A stretch of DNA of 64,000 bases, taken from positions 64,155 through 128,154 of the forward strand of contig JAZSNU010000013.1 in the NCBI GenBank assembly GCA_045536565.1. The letters run 5' to 3'. Shown piece after piece: positions 10,249 through 20,751 of the stretch; position 1 is the stretch's first letter; each line of letters opens with the position of its first letter. A program made the position numbers and the translations under genes. The notes below the pieces were generated by a model. It had not been told where the DNA came from. It saw nothing but the letters and a program-made list of their open reading frames with translations, and ran no database searches. This DNA is from Clostridia bacterium (lineage in GTDB: Bacteria > Bacillota > Clostridia > TANB77 > CAG-465).

Positions 10249-11064
10249 CTATAAATCTCTAATCTTTGATATTTCCATTATTTTCTTAACAATTTTTCTT
10301 ACTTCGCTTATAAAGTAACCATTGTAATCTCTTGCATCTGCTTTCGCATTTTTATAAAAGAAATCAATAGCGGCACCATCGTTACAAGCATCCATAAATA
10401 TATAATTATGCGGAACCGCAAATATTGGTGTTTTTGTTTTATATCTACCTTTTATATTAAACAAATTGCATTTTGATTTATTCTCATAATCACCAATAAC
10501 AATAATTTTGTTTTTATCTTTTATATATTCATTTTTCTCAATTTCTTCAAAAAACTCATCTAATCTTGCAATATCTTGATTAATAGTACATACTAACAAA
10601 TCTGCATCTTCTATTACTTCCCTTACATAATCATTAATAGTTCCTTTTGGCAAATCTACAATTGCAAAATCATAAGCCTCATCTGCTTTTCTAACAATAG
10701 CAGGGAATGTTTCAGATAGAGATACAAATTGTTCTCTTGTTGTTACATTCGTACCATACATAATATCCAATCTTTGCTTTAAAACTGGTTTTGCATAGTT
10801 TCTTATACTTTCAGGTGTTAGTTTGTTGCTATCAACCAATCTAGATAAAGCAGTCATACCTATGTTAGAATTAGAAAATATATTCATATTTTTTAATTGA
10901 TCATAGTCTGTAAAAGAACTCTCAATTTTTCTTGTTTGCCAATGTGCATGTAAAAGTATTGCGTTTATATCTTCTTCCATTCCCATAAGAGTACTTACTG
11001 CTATCGCTGCATGTGTATTTCCTGTCATTCTTGAAACTGGGCTCCAAAACACTATTTTAGGCAT
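10249..11064 (-). CDS. ParA/MinD-like (CpaE/TadZ-like) protein with degenerate P-loop
   Basis: FWSPVSRMTGNT degenerate Walker A; YDFAIVDL; tad context. Confidence 0.7.
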   Translation of the reverse strand: MPKIVFWSPVSRMTGNTHAAIAVSTLMGMEEDINAILLHAHWQTRKIESSFTDYDQLKNMNIFSNSNIGMTALSRLVDSNKLTPESIRNYAKPVLKQRLDIMYGTNVTTREQFVSLSETFPAIVRKADEAYDFAIVDLPKGTINDYVREVIEDADLLVCTINQDIARLDEFFEEIEKNEYIKDKNKIIVIGDYENKSKCNLFNIKGRYKTKTPIFAVPHNYIFMDACNDGAAIDFFYKNAKADARDYNGYFISEVRKIVKKIMEISKIRDL

Positions 11065-11066
11065 AT

Positions 11067-11792
11067 TTATCTATTCCTCCTACTACCGTTTTTTATTTCT
11101 CTTTTCATTTCATTAGATGTTACATCTTTTAAAATATCCGAACTAATTTCTGCAACCAAATTAACAAACATCTTAGTATGCTTCATTATATCAATGATTC
11201 CACTATGTTGTGCCTCTATATCAGCAATTCTATCTTGATCTTCATAATTTAATTCATACATGTTTTCGTTCCATTCAATTGCAAAATTTATTAGTTTATT
11301 TTCATAATAAACTTCACTTGCTCTTGTTATATAATATTTAAATAAAACTTTCGTTAATTCTAACTTCTTATCTAGTGGTTTATATATCATCATTGTTTTA
11401 AGAAGCTCTGAATTTTTAGACATAGAAATATTTGAATATTCTACAAAGAAATATGTTTTACTTATTCCTCTTGCTCTAAAATTTTCATAAGCGACAGGAT
11501 TATCTATATCAAGAAGTATATAATCATATAAAGCTATATTTAACTCTCTTTTGCAAATGTAATTTTCTACATCATGCATATTTTTAAATCCAACTGCAAA
11601 ATCAATAGAATCATATTGGGTAATATACTCTTTTTCCTTAACTGACAAAGAAGGTATTGTGTATTTCATTCTTTCTTCAACAGTTCCATCTATAACTAAA
11701 ACTGTTTTCCCTGTATAATTTATTGCTTTTGCTAGATTTATAACAAAATCCGTTTTATTAACATATCCTGCTAGTGCAATTACTTCTTGCAT
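11067..11792 (-). CDS. Second ParA-like tad accessory protein
   Basis: GYVNKTDFVINLAK..KTVLVIDGT..YDYILLD. Confidence 0.6.
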   Translation of the reverse strand: MQEVIALAGYVNKTDFVINLAKAINYTGKTVLVIDGTVEERMKYTIPSLSVKEKEYITQYDSIDFAVGFKNMHDVENYICKRELNIALYDYILLDIDNPVAYENFRARGISKTYFFVEYSNISMSKNSELLKTMMIYKPLDKKLELTKVLFKYYITRASEVYYENKLINFAIEWNENMYELNYEDQDRIADIEAQHSGIIDIMKHTKMFVNLVAEISSDILKDVTSNEMKREIKNGSRRNR

Positions 11793-11813
11793 TTTATCCT
11801 CTCCTTAATATAA

Positions 11814-13001
11814 TTACTGTCCTAATGTTTGATTTCTTAAAGCTTGTTGTGCTGATATTTGACTAGATAATCCAGAAACTGCTGCTTGATATCCATCTCC
11901 ACTTGCAGTAACGAATTCTGCCATGTTTGTTTCTATCTGCATTCTAATATCGGCACTTAATTTAGCCTTTGCTTCCTCTGCAATATATTTATTGTTTTCC
12001 ATATGTCTTCTTATTATATCGCTTGGTTGATATGTTCTTTCAACCACATCATAAGATTCAATATAATATCTATATTCAATTGCATATTTTAATAATAAGT
12101 CAGTTAAATTATTTGTGAAATTAATATACTCTTGTGTTGTTTCTTCTTTTTTATCATCTTTGTTTTCATCAGCAGAATTTTCAGTATTAATATCTGTCTC
12201 AACATCTTCTTCTACTTCACTTGTTACATCTTTTGCAACTTCATCTGGTACTGATAACGCAACTGTTCCATCTGCAACATCTTTTTCTATTTTTTCTACC
12301 AAGTCTCTTTTGGCTATGTCTGTAATACTAACCTGGTTTCCATCTTCGTCAATAATAAAGTCTCCTACTTTTATTTGTGTTGCTGGATCTACATATCTAA
12401 CACCATAAAGTTCCGAAGCACCTTCTGACAGATACACATCGACAATAGCGCTGTTTAAATAGTATAAGTTTTCTTCATCTAAATACAAGTCAATAGCATT
12501 ACCAGTAATTTTTCTAACTTTTATTTGTGGAATTACAATATACTCTAAACCACTTGCCATTTTCATTTTTATATCTATATATTCACCCTCAACTAATCCT
12601 GATGGTAACTTTACAGATGTTACTTCTTGTATTCTTTCATCAACAGTAACAACTTCATCTCCAAACATACTTCCAACCAATGGTATATTTGCTGGTATAT
12701 TATATTTAGCTATTTTGCCTACTGCTCCATACCCAATAAGATTTGTAGGAGATGAACTAATATGAACTCTTGCAGATGTTAACATATCATCTGTAATTGT
12801 TTCACCTTGAATAACATCTCTATTTAGCATTACAACCTCTGTTGTGTAATTTGCTATATATTCTTCATTTGTCCCCTCTTTATATGAATTTACAACACTA
12901 ATTGACCATATAAGAGTTATTGCAATACCGATTATTCCTATACCTGCGCCAATCAATATTCCGTATATTAATCTCTTTCTTATTTGACTCATTCCTATCA
13001 T
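11814..13001 (-). CDS. SAF-domain CpaB/RcpC-like pilus assembly protein
   Basis: ATG 13001 after GGAGG; TM then VVMLNRDVIQGETITDDML..GKIAKYNIPAN (SAF) and LPSGLVEGEYIDI. Confidence 0.8.
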   Translation of the reverse strand: MIGMSQIRKRLIYGILIGAGIGIIGIAITLIWSISVVNSYKEGTNEEYIANYTTEVVMLNRDVIQGETITDDMLTSARVHISSSPTNLIGYGAVGKIAKYNIPANIPLVGSMFGDEVVTVDERIQEVTSVKLPSGLVEGEYIDIKMKMASGLEYIVIPQIKVRKITGNAIDLYLDEENLYYLNSAIVDVYLSEGASELYGVRYVDPATQIKVGDFIIDEDGNQVSITDIAKRDLVEKIEKDVADGTVALSVPDEVAKDVTSEVEEDVETDINTENSADENKDDKKEETTQEYINFTNNLTDLLLKYAIEYRYYIESYDVVERTYQPSDIIRRHMENNKYIAEEAKAKLSADIRMQIETNMAEFVTASGDGYQAAVSGLSSQISAQQALRNQTLGQ

Positions 13002-13029
13002 ATGTACAACCTCCAATAATTCTCTTAAA

Positions 13030-13058
13030 ATAATATCGTATTTAAGTTGTATTTTCAA
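13030..13058 (-). promoter_or_regulatory. Sigma-A-like promoter of tad operon
   Basis: TTGAAA-17-TATTAT on minus strand. Confidence 0.5.
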
Positions 13059-13099
13059 CACATTTTTTTGAAATAACAATGTCTTTAACTAAAATATAA

Positions 13100-13134
13100 A
13101 AAAAATGTAATATTATTGTAATATTACATTTTTT
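13100..13134. terminator. Intrinsic terminator after dacF
   Basis: AAAAAATGTAATATTA-ttg-TAATATTACATTTTTT hairpin. Confidence 0.6.
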
Positions 13135-13179
13135 ATCTAACAAAATACTATGTTTTTCGCTTTAAAAATACTCTTTCTC

Positions 13180-14445
13180 TTAGAATATTTTTTCGTTCAT
13201 CACATATATATTTAATGCTTTTTTCACATAGTCAAGAACCTTTGATTTTTGCACATCTTGTTTTATTATGACATTTACTTTTCCTATTTGATTACCCTCT
13301 TTACTTGTATATATAACCTCACCTACTTTATCACCTTTTTTGAGCGGAGCACATAGTTTATTGTCCATTTTAATTTCTTTATGGCATTCGATTTTTTTAC
13401 CTTTTTCATTTAATATACTTATGTCATTTTCAAGTATCGCATCAACTTTTCCGCCTAAATATTTATTAATGTTTATTTTATCTATAACTTCACCTTTTTC
13501 ACATATTTTTTGTGTTTCATAATTTGCAAATCCATAATTAAGTAGTTGCTTTGCCTCTTCATTTCTTATATCCGAACTTGGAGCAGTAAGTATAACAGCA
13601 ACAAGAGACATTCCATTTTTTGTTGCAGTAGCACTTAGGTTATATTTAGCAATTGATGTATAACCAGTTTTTAAACCCGTAGCACCATCATAGTATCTTA
13701 TTAATTTATTTGTATTAGATAATGCAAAAGTTCCTCCTCTTATACTATCCATCCATATTGTTGTATATTTTGTTATATCTTTATGTTTTGTCATAAGTTC
13801 TCTTGACATAGTAGCTATATCTCTTGCCGTTGTATAGTGATTTTCATCATCTATACCATGTACATTTACAAAATTAGTACCTGTCATTCCTAACTCTTTT
13901 GCCTTATCATTCATCATTTTTACAAAATTTTGTTCATTCCCACCTATTAATTCTGCCATTGCTATGCATACATCATTTGCGCTAACTACACATATGCATT
14001 TTAATGCTTCATCTACTGTTATCTGTTCTCCAACTTTAAACCATATTTGAGATCCACCCATAGATGCTGCATTCTCACTACATGTTACCATATCTGTGTA
14101 TGCAAGTTTTCCCGAATCAACAGACTCCATTATTAAAAGAAGTGTCATAATTTTAGTAACACTTGCAGGATAAGCCTTTTCATCTGCATTATTTTCATAT
14201 ATTACAGTTCCAGTATCCATATCCATTAATATTTGAGATTTAGAAGTAAAATTAAAATTAGCATCGCTTACCGCCGTTTTGGTTTCTACCTCTTTAACAG
14301 TTTCTACACTTTCTTGCATGTTATTTTCGCTTACTACTTCTTCTACAACCGCAAATGTTGGAAGCTCTTCTGCTGCATATATAACTGGTATTATAATATT
14401 TACTATTAAACATATAATTAGCATTAAGCATATTTTTCTTTGCAT
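13180..14445 (-). CDS. dacF: D-alanyl-D-alanine carboxypeptidase (S11, DacF-like)
   Basis: PASVTK, SAND and KTG motifs; signal peptide; MGGSQIW. Confidence 0.85.
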   Translation of the reverse strand: MQRKICLMLIICLIVNIIIPVIYAAEELPTFAVVEEVVSENNMQESVETVKEVETKTAVSDANFNFTSKSQILMDMDTGTVIYENNADEKAYPASVTKIMTLLLIMESVDSGKLAYTDMVTCSENAASMGGSQIWFKVGEQITVDEALKCICVVSANDVCIAMAELIGGNEQNFVKMMNDKAKELGMTGTNFVNVHGIDDENHYTTARDIATMSRELMTKHKDITKYTTIWMDSIRGGTFALSNTNKLIRYYDGATGLKTGYTSIAKYNLSATATKNGMSLVAVILTAPSSDIRNEEAKQLLNYGFANYETQKICEKGEVIDKININKYLGGKVDAILENDISILNEKGKKIECHKEIKMDNKLCAPLKKGDKVGEVIYTSKEGNQIGKVNVIIKQDVQKSKVLDYVKKALNIYVMNEKIF

Positions 14446-14505
14446 AAAAAATCACTCCTTATACCTATATTAAAGTATATGGAATGATTTTAATTTTATG
14501 AAAAT

Positions 14506-15597
14506 TTAAGTAATTACTTTTCTAAACTTTCCTATTAAATATATCACGACAGGTACTACCACACCAAATAATATGTATAACAGACCTCCTATTCCTCTTG
14601 AATAATCTTCAAGTTCAAAAATATTGTTTACAGCGTAGATACTTAATATATACTCTAAAAAAAGTACTGGAATAATCATATTCTTTCTACTATCAGTATT
14701 AAATATTTTTGTGATTAGTTCTGTAATAACATAGATAAGGGCAATTATAAGTACAATATCTGTTACTATCCAAAATGTTATTGCTAGTGCTTCCATTCTT
14801 TCTAAAACCGTAAAAAGTTCAATATTTTTTAGTGCTATAAAATACGGCTGAGTAAAAGCCTGAGAAAGTTTAGAGCCAAACACGCCAACCGTTGTAAGTG
14901 TTATAACAGCACCTATTGATGCTGCAACAGTTACATATTTCATACCCGTTTTTAAGAAAATTTCTTTATCTTTTACATGCTCTACCAGAAACAACATACA
15001 AGGTAAGTACACAAAAATTGCAGTTATAGGTAAAACTCCCATAAATATATTATCTATATCATATATTGTTGTTGGATATATGTTTGCTATTTTAATTTCA
15101 GGTATTGTTATAAAAAAGACTGCTGCTATAAAAAAGAGAAGAGGTATCCATATAAACTCACTGAATCTAGCAAAACCTTGTATATTATTTCTTGTAATTA
15201 AATACACTACGAAAAGAAGTGATATTATAAAGAACTCTATTTGAACACTTGTAAATATTGATGCCATGCATTTTTCTGCAAAATATCTAATTCTAAATGT
15301 TAAAAATATTATGCACATTATAAGATATAAAGCCATTACAATTTTAGCCCCTGTTTTTCCAAGTATTCTCTCAAAACTTCGTTCTAAGGATTTATCTTTT
15401 CCCTTCCTCATTATAGCGTAGAAAATATATAATAACACAAACATTGGAATAAGGGCAGCAAGAGAAGATATCCATGTGTTTTGCTCTGCAAAATATGCGC
15501 TATATTTAGGTACTATTCTTATTACAAGTGCTGCTACTCCTATAACAAATATTATAAAGAATTGTCTCATACTTATCTTGCTTTCTATTTTATCCAT
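14506..15597 (-). CDS. Spore germination receptor B subunit (GerAB/KB)
   Basis: About 10 TMs; ERMEALAITFW; ger operon context. Confidence 0.9.
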   Translation of the reverse strand: MDKIESKISMRQFFIIFVIGVAALVIRIVPKYSAYFAEQNTWISSLAALIPMFVLLYIFYAIMRKGKDKSLERSFERILGKTGAKIVMALYLIMCIIFLTFRIRYFAEKCMASIFTSVQIEFFIISLLFVVYLITRNNIQGFARFSEFIWIPLLFFIAAVFFITIPEIKIANIYPTTIYDIDNIFMGVLPITAIFVYLPCMLFLVEHVKDKEIFLKTGMKYVTVAASIGAVITLTTVGVFGSKLSQAFTQPYFIALKNIELFTVLERMEALAITFWIVTDIVLIIALIYVITELITKIFNTDSRKNMIIPVLFLEYILSIYAVNNIFELEDYSRGIGGLLYILFGVVVPVVIYLIGKFRKVIT

Positions 15598-15800
15598 ACA
15601 AACCTCTCTAAATTAATTTTATTATTTAGCATTCCTAAAAGACTATTGCTGTATTCATCCGAATAATAACTAATACATAAAACCACACTAAGCAGCACAA
15701 CACTTCCATATATTATTAACTCTTTTTTATCTTTTGCTATTTTATTACAAATTATATCTTGCACCGCAACTATTAAAAAAATAATCCATATAAATTTCAT
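15585..15800 (-). CDS. Small membrane protein of ger operon (D-subunit-like)
   Basis: 71 aa, 2 TMs, KKELIIY motif, lies between GerC and GerB. Confidence 0.6.
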   Translation of the reverse strand: MKFIWIIFLIVAVQDIICNKIAKDKKELIIYGSVVLLSVVLCISYYSDEYSNSLLGMLNNKINLERFVWIK

Positions 15801-15811
15801 TTTTGTTCTCC

Positions 15812-17029
15812 TTACTTGTGAATTTGATATGTATCATATGTTCTTTCAATATCTACTTCAACTTTTATTTTTATATCTAAGCTCCCATATGTTTTATTAA
15901 AATTTTCTTTTATCTTTCTATACTTATATGGGTGTGTTACATTTAACTTTTCGCCTATACTAAATATATCAAGATTTAACTCCTGACTTTTATTTACGAG
16001 TTGTTCAACTTGTTTTTTTACCTTCTTTTCCTGCAGCTCTTTATACTTTTTCAAGACCCTTTCATCTGTTATATCTTCTTTTGATAATACTTCTTCAAAA
16101 TTACTTCTATATTTTAAACTTATAACAACTTGTTTTAAATTATTTTTATTATCAAAATTAAAAGAATAACTAGTCGTAATATCATTTATTCCAAATGACA
16201 CTATTTCGCCATTTTCATTTTCTACATCTACATTTCCACCCTTAGACTCATTTATTAACATGTTATATATAATAGCCTCTTTATCATCTAAAAAGTCTAT
16301 CAGTTTATTATCCTTCATTACCGCATAACCGTAAAATTCAAACTGTTTTGTAAGTTCATCTGACTCTTCTTCACCGCCCTCGGTTTCTGTAATCTTTTCT
16401 ATATTACTTGTAAATTCTAATGTTGGCACTAAATATATTTCAGAATCTGATAGTTTACTAGATAATATTTCAGATATTGTTATATACTTTGCAATTGTTT
16501 TTTGCCCACTATTTTTTTCTATATTGTCCAGCATATCACTTAACTTGTACTCTGAATTTATAACTTGGTTTAAAAACTCTTGTGATGTCATATCTTTTAT
16601 AATATACACATTACTTGATAGTCTTATTTCTTGATCTTTTGATAATATATCTAGCACTTTATCTATATCATTTTTAGCAGTTTTTTCTCCAATTAAAAAA
16701 TATTTAACATGTGAACCTGCCATAGTCTTATCAGTATAAAACTGCATTGACCTTACAGCCTCATTAAAACTACTTGCTTTATATGTTAATACCTTTTGCT
16801 TTTTAGTTTGTGGCTCTTTTTGAGCAGAATCACTTCCGCCTTCTTCTTTTTCTATTAAAAATGAAAGACTTGCTTTACTATCATTTTCTTCATCTTTTAT
16901 ATAATCTAGTCCTGTAAGTTTTAATACTTCCATATCATCAATCTCATTACTTGTAGGAAGAAGTGATTTGCTTGTAAGCGATATAAATATTACAATTATT
17001 AGTATTGTTATAACCTTTATTACTTTCAT
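15812..17029 (-). CDS. Spore germination receptor C subunit (Ger(x)C)
   Basis: EIDDM..GLD; SHVKYFLIGEKTAK; LDIFSIG. Confidence 0.9.
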   Translation of the reverse strand: MKVIKVITILIIVIFISLTSKSLLPTSNEIDDMEVLKLTGLDYIKDEENDSKASLSFLIEKEEGGSDSAQKEPQTKKQKVLTYKASSFNEAVRSMQFYTDKTMAGSHVKYFLIGEKTAKNDIDKVLDILSKDQEIRLSSNVYIIKDMTSQEFLNQVINSEYKLSDMLDNIEKNSGQKTIAKYITISEILSSKLSDSEIYLVPTLEFTSNIEKITETEGGEEESDELTKQFEFYGYAVMKDNKLIDFLDDKEAIIYNMLINESKGGNVDVENENGEIVSFGINDITTSYSFNFDNKNNLKQVVISLKYRSNFEEVLSKEDITDERVLKKYKELQEKKVKKQVEQLVNKSQELNLDIFSIGEKLNVTHPYKYRKIKENFNKTYGSLDIKIKVEVDIERTYDTYQIHK

Positions 17030-17039
17030 ATAATGTCTC

Positions 17040-18536
17040 CTAATTTTGCTCCTTTTTTGTCATCATCCTTCGGACTATAGTATCTTTTGTTATATTCTTA
17101 AATCCGTTTGATGTAAATGGTACTAGATATGGAACACCAAATGATTCTTTACTTGCTAGATAATATGTAACAAGTATAACTCCTAGTGAAAGTCCATAAA
17201 GCCCCATCATTCCCGCAACTATTACAAGAAGAAACCTAATTATTCTAAATGAATTTGCTAAATCTTGATTAGGAACTAAAAATCCGGTTATTCCTGCTAT
17301 TGCAACAACTACTACAACCGCCGGAGATGTAAATTTGGCATTTACAGCAGCTTCTCCAACTATAAGACCACCAACAATGGATATCGTTTGTCCTATTATT
17401 TTAGGAAGCCTTGCACCAGCCTCTATAAGCATCTCAAATGCTATAAGCATAAATATAACTTCGAGTATAGAGGTAAAAGGTACTCCCTCTTTACTCTTAA
17501 TAATGGATATCGAGAGTTCTGTTGGTATCATTTCCGGATGGAATGTAGCTATCGCAACATAAAAACCCGGTATAAATATTGTAAAAAATGCTGCTATATA
17601 CCTTATAACTCGTATAAAAGATGATAATACATAGTTAAACGAATAATCTTCAGGTACTTGAAAGAACATATTAAATACAGCAGGTAAGTTATATCCAATA
17701 GAAAGTCCATCAACTATTATTCCTATTTCACCTTCTATTAGATTAGCTGTAAATTTATCTATTCTTTCCGTATATATCATCGATGGAAAGATAGACCTAC
17801 TTCCTCCTAAAAGCCCTTCTTCAAAACTTGCTGGTGCTATTATACTATCTGTATCTATATCCTTTATTCTTTTTATTACATTATCTAGTATTTCTCTATC
17901 TGCTGCACCTTCTAAATAAACTACTGCAACCTTAGTATTAGTTTCATTTCCTACATCAAATTCTAGTATTTTTAAGTCTTTACTTTTAATCCTTCTTCTA
18001 ATCATTGATGTGTTATCTCTTAAAGTTTCATTAAAAGATTCCTTTGAACCCTTAATTATATTTTCGTTAGCCGGCTCTGAAATAGATCTTTTTTCAAATC
18101 CTTTAACATCGAATATTGCTACTTTATCCTCAATACCTGGAAATGCTATACAAGCCGCACCTGATAAAATACTTCCTATTATATCTTCCATCTTTGTTTG
18201 TATTTTCATTTCGATATGAGGAATTATTCCATCTTCTATTTTTCTAAAAATTTCACTAGAACTTATTTTTTTATCATACAGTTCTTTTTCCTGTAACGCT
18301 TTATTTTTTAATTCTATTATTGGCTTTATTACATTTTCATCAAGTATAAGTGAATTAATAAGTCCATCAATACAGATTATATTTATTTTTTTACTACCAT
18401 ATAGCACTATTTCCCTTATTATTAAATCATCACTATTTGATAACTCTTCTTTAATAGTCTCAACCGTTATCTTGCCTTCTTTTATTGTTCTTTTTGGTAC
18501 AATAGGTCCTCTTTTTAATCTCCAATCACTAAGCAT
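17040..18536 (-). CDS. Spore germination receptor A subunit (GerKA-like)
   Basis: RSISEPANENIIKGSKESFNE, EAGARLP, SIVGGLIVGEAAV, SFGVPYL. Confidence 0.95.
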   Translation of the reverse strand: MLSDWRLKRGPIVPKRTIKEGKITVETIKEELSNSDDLIIREIVLYGSKKINIICIDGLINSLILDENVIKPIIELKNKALQEKELYDKKISSSEIFRKIEDGIIPHIEMKIQTKMEDIIGSILSGAACIAFPGIEDKVAIFDVKGFEKRSISEPANENIIKGSKESFNETLRDNTSMIRRRIKSKDLKILEFDVGNETNTKVAVVYLEGAADREILDNVIKRIKDIDTDSIIAPASFEEGLLGGSRSIFPSMIYTERIDKFTANLIEGEIGIIVDGLSIGYNLPAVFNMFFQVPEDYSFNYVLSSFIRVIRYIAAFFTIFIPGFYVAIATFHPEMIPTELSISIIKSKEGVPFTSILEVIFMLIAFEMLIEAGARLPKIIGQTISIVGGLIVGEAAVNAKFTSPAVVVVVAIAGITGFLVPNQDLANSFRIIRFLLVIVAGMMGLYGLSLGVILVTYYLASKESFGVPYLVPFTSNGFKNITKDTIVRRMMTKKEQN

Positions 18537-18537
18537 A

Positions 18538-18966
18538 CTAAGTATTATCCTCTATCTTTAATATCTGTGTTGTCTTATTCATATTTTTATCAACTAAATT
18601 AGATATTTTACTTATTACATCTGGTGCTAAATCAATAATTCTATCTAATGCTGTATTATTACTATCTAGTGTAAGTAATTTTACTACATCTCCTGTTACA
18701 ACTAAAAAAGCTGCTGGCGATATATTTACACCTGCTCCACTACCTCCTCCAAATGGTAATTTCTTATCTTGCATTTCTTTTGTAACATTTTTAGAATTAA
18801 ATTCACTTCCCCCTGCTGCAAAGCCAAACGACACCTTAGATATTGGTATTATACTTGTTCCTTCCTGTGTTTCCACTAATTCTCCTACTATTGTATTTAC
18901 ATCAATCATATCTCTTAAAGAACTCATTGCTGTCATCATTAAATTTTCTATTGGATGTTCTGCCAT
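18538..18966 (-). CDS. ytfJ: Sporulation protein YtfJ/GerW
   Basis: HPIENLM..DVNTIVG..IIPISKVSFGFAAGGSEF..PFGGGSGAGV. Confidence 0.95.
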   Translation of the reverse strand: MAEHPIENLMMTAMSSLRDMIDVNTIVGELVETQEGTSIIPISKVSFGFAAGGSEFNSKNVTKEMQDKKLPFGGGSGAGVNISPAAFLVVTGDVVKLLTLDSNNTALDRIIDLAPDVISKISNLVDKNMNKTTQILKIEDNT

Positions 18967-19130
18967 ATTTTTTCCACCTTTCTAACAAAAAATACTTTAT
19001 GTTTTATTTTCTATATAATGTATTATTTGTAATTTTTTACAAGTTATACTAAATATTAATATATTACAAATATTAAATTTTAATTTTTATTTTTTAAAAG
19101 TTATGGTTTTTATATTTACAATTACATCAA

Positions 19131-19159
19131 TTGACATAACTACGCAACAATGGTATAAT
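19131..19159 (+). promoter_or_regulatory. Consensus sigma-A promoter
   Basis: TTGACA-17-TATAAT with TG extension, upstream of the 19208 ORF. Confidence 0.75.
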
Positions 19160-19207
19160 ACTCTTACAATTTATTATTAATATATTAACAAATGGAGGTA
19201 TAAATTT

Positions 19208-19678
19208 ATGATTAAAGAAACAAATAGAGAAACATTGGCTAATTTAGATTTTGATTCTCGAAATGAAATTTTTAGAATTACTGAAAAGTTAAGAGGAATT
19301 TCTTTTAAAGACAGTCTTACAATTATTAATAACTATTTAAAAGAAAATGTTAAAGCACGCCATTTTATAGAGAATGATGAAAAATATTCATCTGCTCGGT
19401 CTGCACTTGTAGATAAAGTAGCAAACAGCGAAGGTTTTATTAAGGCTTTCTTGCTTATTTTAGAAGAAGCTGGATTAATTAATCACAACCAAAGATATGC
19501 ATCACTTAATTTTTCAGATTTTAATTATCAAGGAAAAACTTATACATTCGCTTATCTTATTGCTAATGATAACAAAGAGCTTACTAGTTATACATTTTCA
19601 CCGTATACCGAAAAACTTTGTAGTAACTGGCTGGTAGACCATGAAACATGGTTTAAAACTATGACATATAGTCTCTAA
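19208..19678 (+). CDS. Transglutaminase-like fold protein, catalytic Cys replaced by Ser
   Basis: SARSALVDKVANSEGFIKAFLLILEEAGL resembles the TGase core (aL..g.avCeGya.af..ll...G); GGAGG RBS. Confidence 0.5.
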   Translation: MIKETNRETLANLDFDSRNEIFRITEKLRGISFKDSLTIINNYLKENVKARHFIENDEKYSSARSALVDKVANSEGFIKAFLLILEEAGLINHNQRYASLNFSDFNYQGKTYTFAYLIANDNKELTSYTFSPYTEKLCSNWLVDHETWFKTMTYSL

Positions 19679-19687
19679 TAAAACGAT

Positions 19688-19718
19688 AACACAGTGGTAA
19701 AATTATTACTACTGTGTT
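19688..19718. terminator. Bidirectional terminator
   Basis: AACACAGTGGTAA/TTACTACTGTGTT hairpin between convergent genes. Confidence 0.6.
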
Positions 19719-19723
19719 TATTA

Positions 19724-20560
19724 TTATCCTTTTACTAATTTATTTATATTTTCCTTTTCTATTTGTTTTAAACTCTTTTTAGGGGTAGGCATATCTTCTG
19801 GCATAGTAGAACCATTTTTAGCAATTACTTCTCTTATATTTTTACCAATAATATAGTGAGTATTATTTGCCTCATTTTCTGTTTTTATATTATCCCTTTT
19901 TAATTTTTGTTCCGTTTGAGATATTCTAAATAGATTCGCTATAAGTTCATCACTTCCCATATTATCAAGAATATCCTCTCTATATCTTAATCCTTTTCTT
20001 TTAGCAATATCATTTGCTGTTTCACCATTATATAACCCTTTGTAACCAGAATTATGAAATTTATCAAAATTTTTAACACCGGCTTTTTTAGCAGCCTGAT
20101 TTAATGAATAGTTTCCTTTTCTTGTTAAGTCTCGTTGATAAAATCTTTTTTCATCTTCGGTAAGCAAACTATATTCCTTTTCACTTAATTCTTGTTTTCT
20201 TGTTTGAACAGCAAAATATGTTTGAGCAAGTGCAATTACTTCCTTTTTAGGATCACCATTTTGTACAATTAAATAACATGCATATCTAGAAAGTTCATAA
20301 TCAACAACTTCTTTTTGAGCATTATTAGGCATTTTTATCGTTTTCCTGACCTCAGGAAAATGTTCAACAAGTTTATTTCCACTATTCTCACATGCAATTT
20401 TAGCCTTATTTATTACTTTGCTAAAATTCTCCCACTTTTTATACACTAGAACTTTACTCAAATCTCTTGCATACCAATATTCAGTACCATCCTCCCTTAC
20501 ATTTCGTATTTCCTCAAAACTTCTATACTCCTTTACTGCTAATTCATTCAATATAATCAA
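19724..20560 (-). CDS. dinD: DNA damage-inducible protein D
   Basis: EYWYARDL..Y..WENF; LSRYACYLIVQNGDPKKEVIALAQTYFAVQTRKQE; GYKGLYNG; ILDNMGSDEL. Confidence 0.92.
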   Translation of the reverse strand: MIILNELAVKEYRSFEEIRNVREDGTEYWYARDLSKVLVYKKWENFSKVINKAKIACENSGNKLVEHFPEVRKTIKMPNNAQKEVVDYELSRYACYLIVQNGDPKKEVIALAQTYFAVQTRKQELSEKEYSLLTEDEKRFYQRDLTRKGNYSLNQAAKKAGVKNFDKFHNSGYKGLYNGETANDIAKRKGLRYREDILDNMGSDELIANLFRISQTEQKLKRDNIKTENEANNTHYIIGKNIREVIAKNGSTMPEDMPTPKKSLKQIEKENINKLVKG

Positions 20561-20579
20561 CTCCCTTCAAGATGGGAAT

Positions 20580-20608
20580 ATTATATCAAACATTTGTTCT
20601 AAAATCAA
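20580..20608 (-). promoter_or_regulatory. dinD promoter with LexA/SOS box
   Basis: TTGATT-17-TATAAT with GAAC-AAAT-GTTT (20588-20599) in the spacer. Confidence 0.7.
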
Positions 20609-20751
20609 GTGATTTGTGGAAAATATTTACATTTCATTTGATATATACTTATGGTTGTACAAATTACAATAACGCTGATATATCAACATTTAACCATATT
20701 TATTACAATTATGTTACATAATATTTTTACATATTAATATTATTGCTCTAT

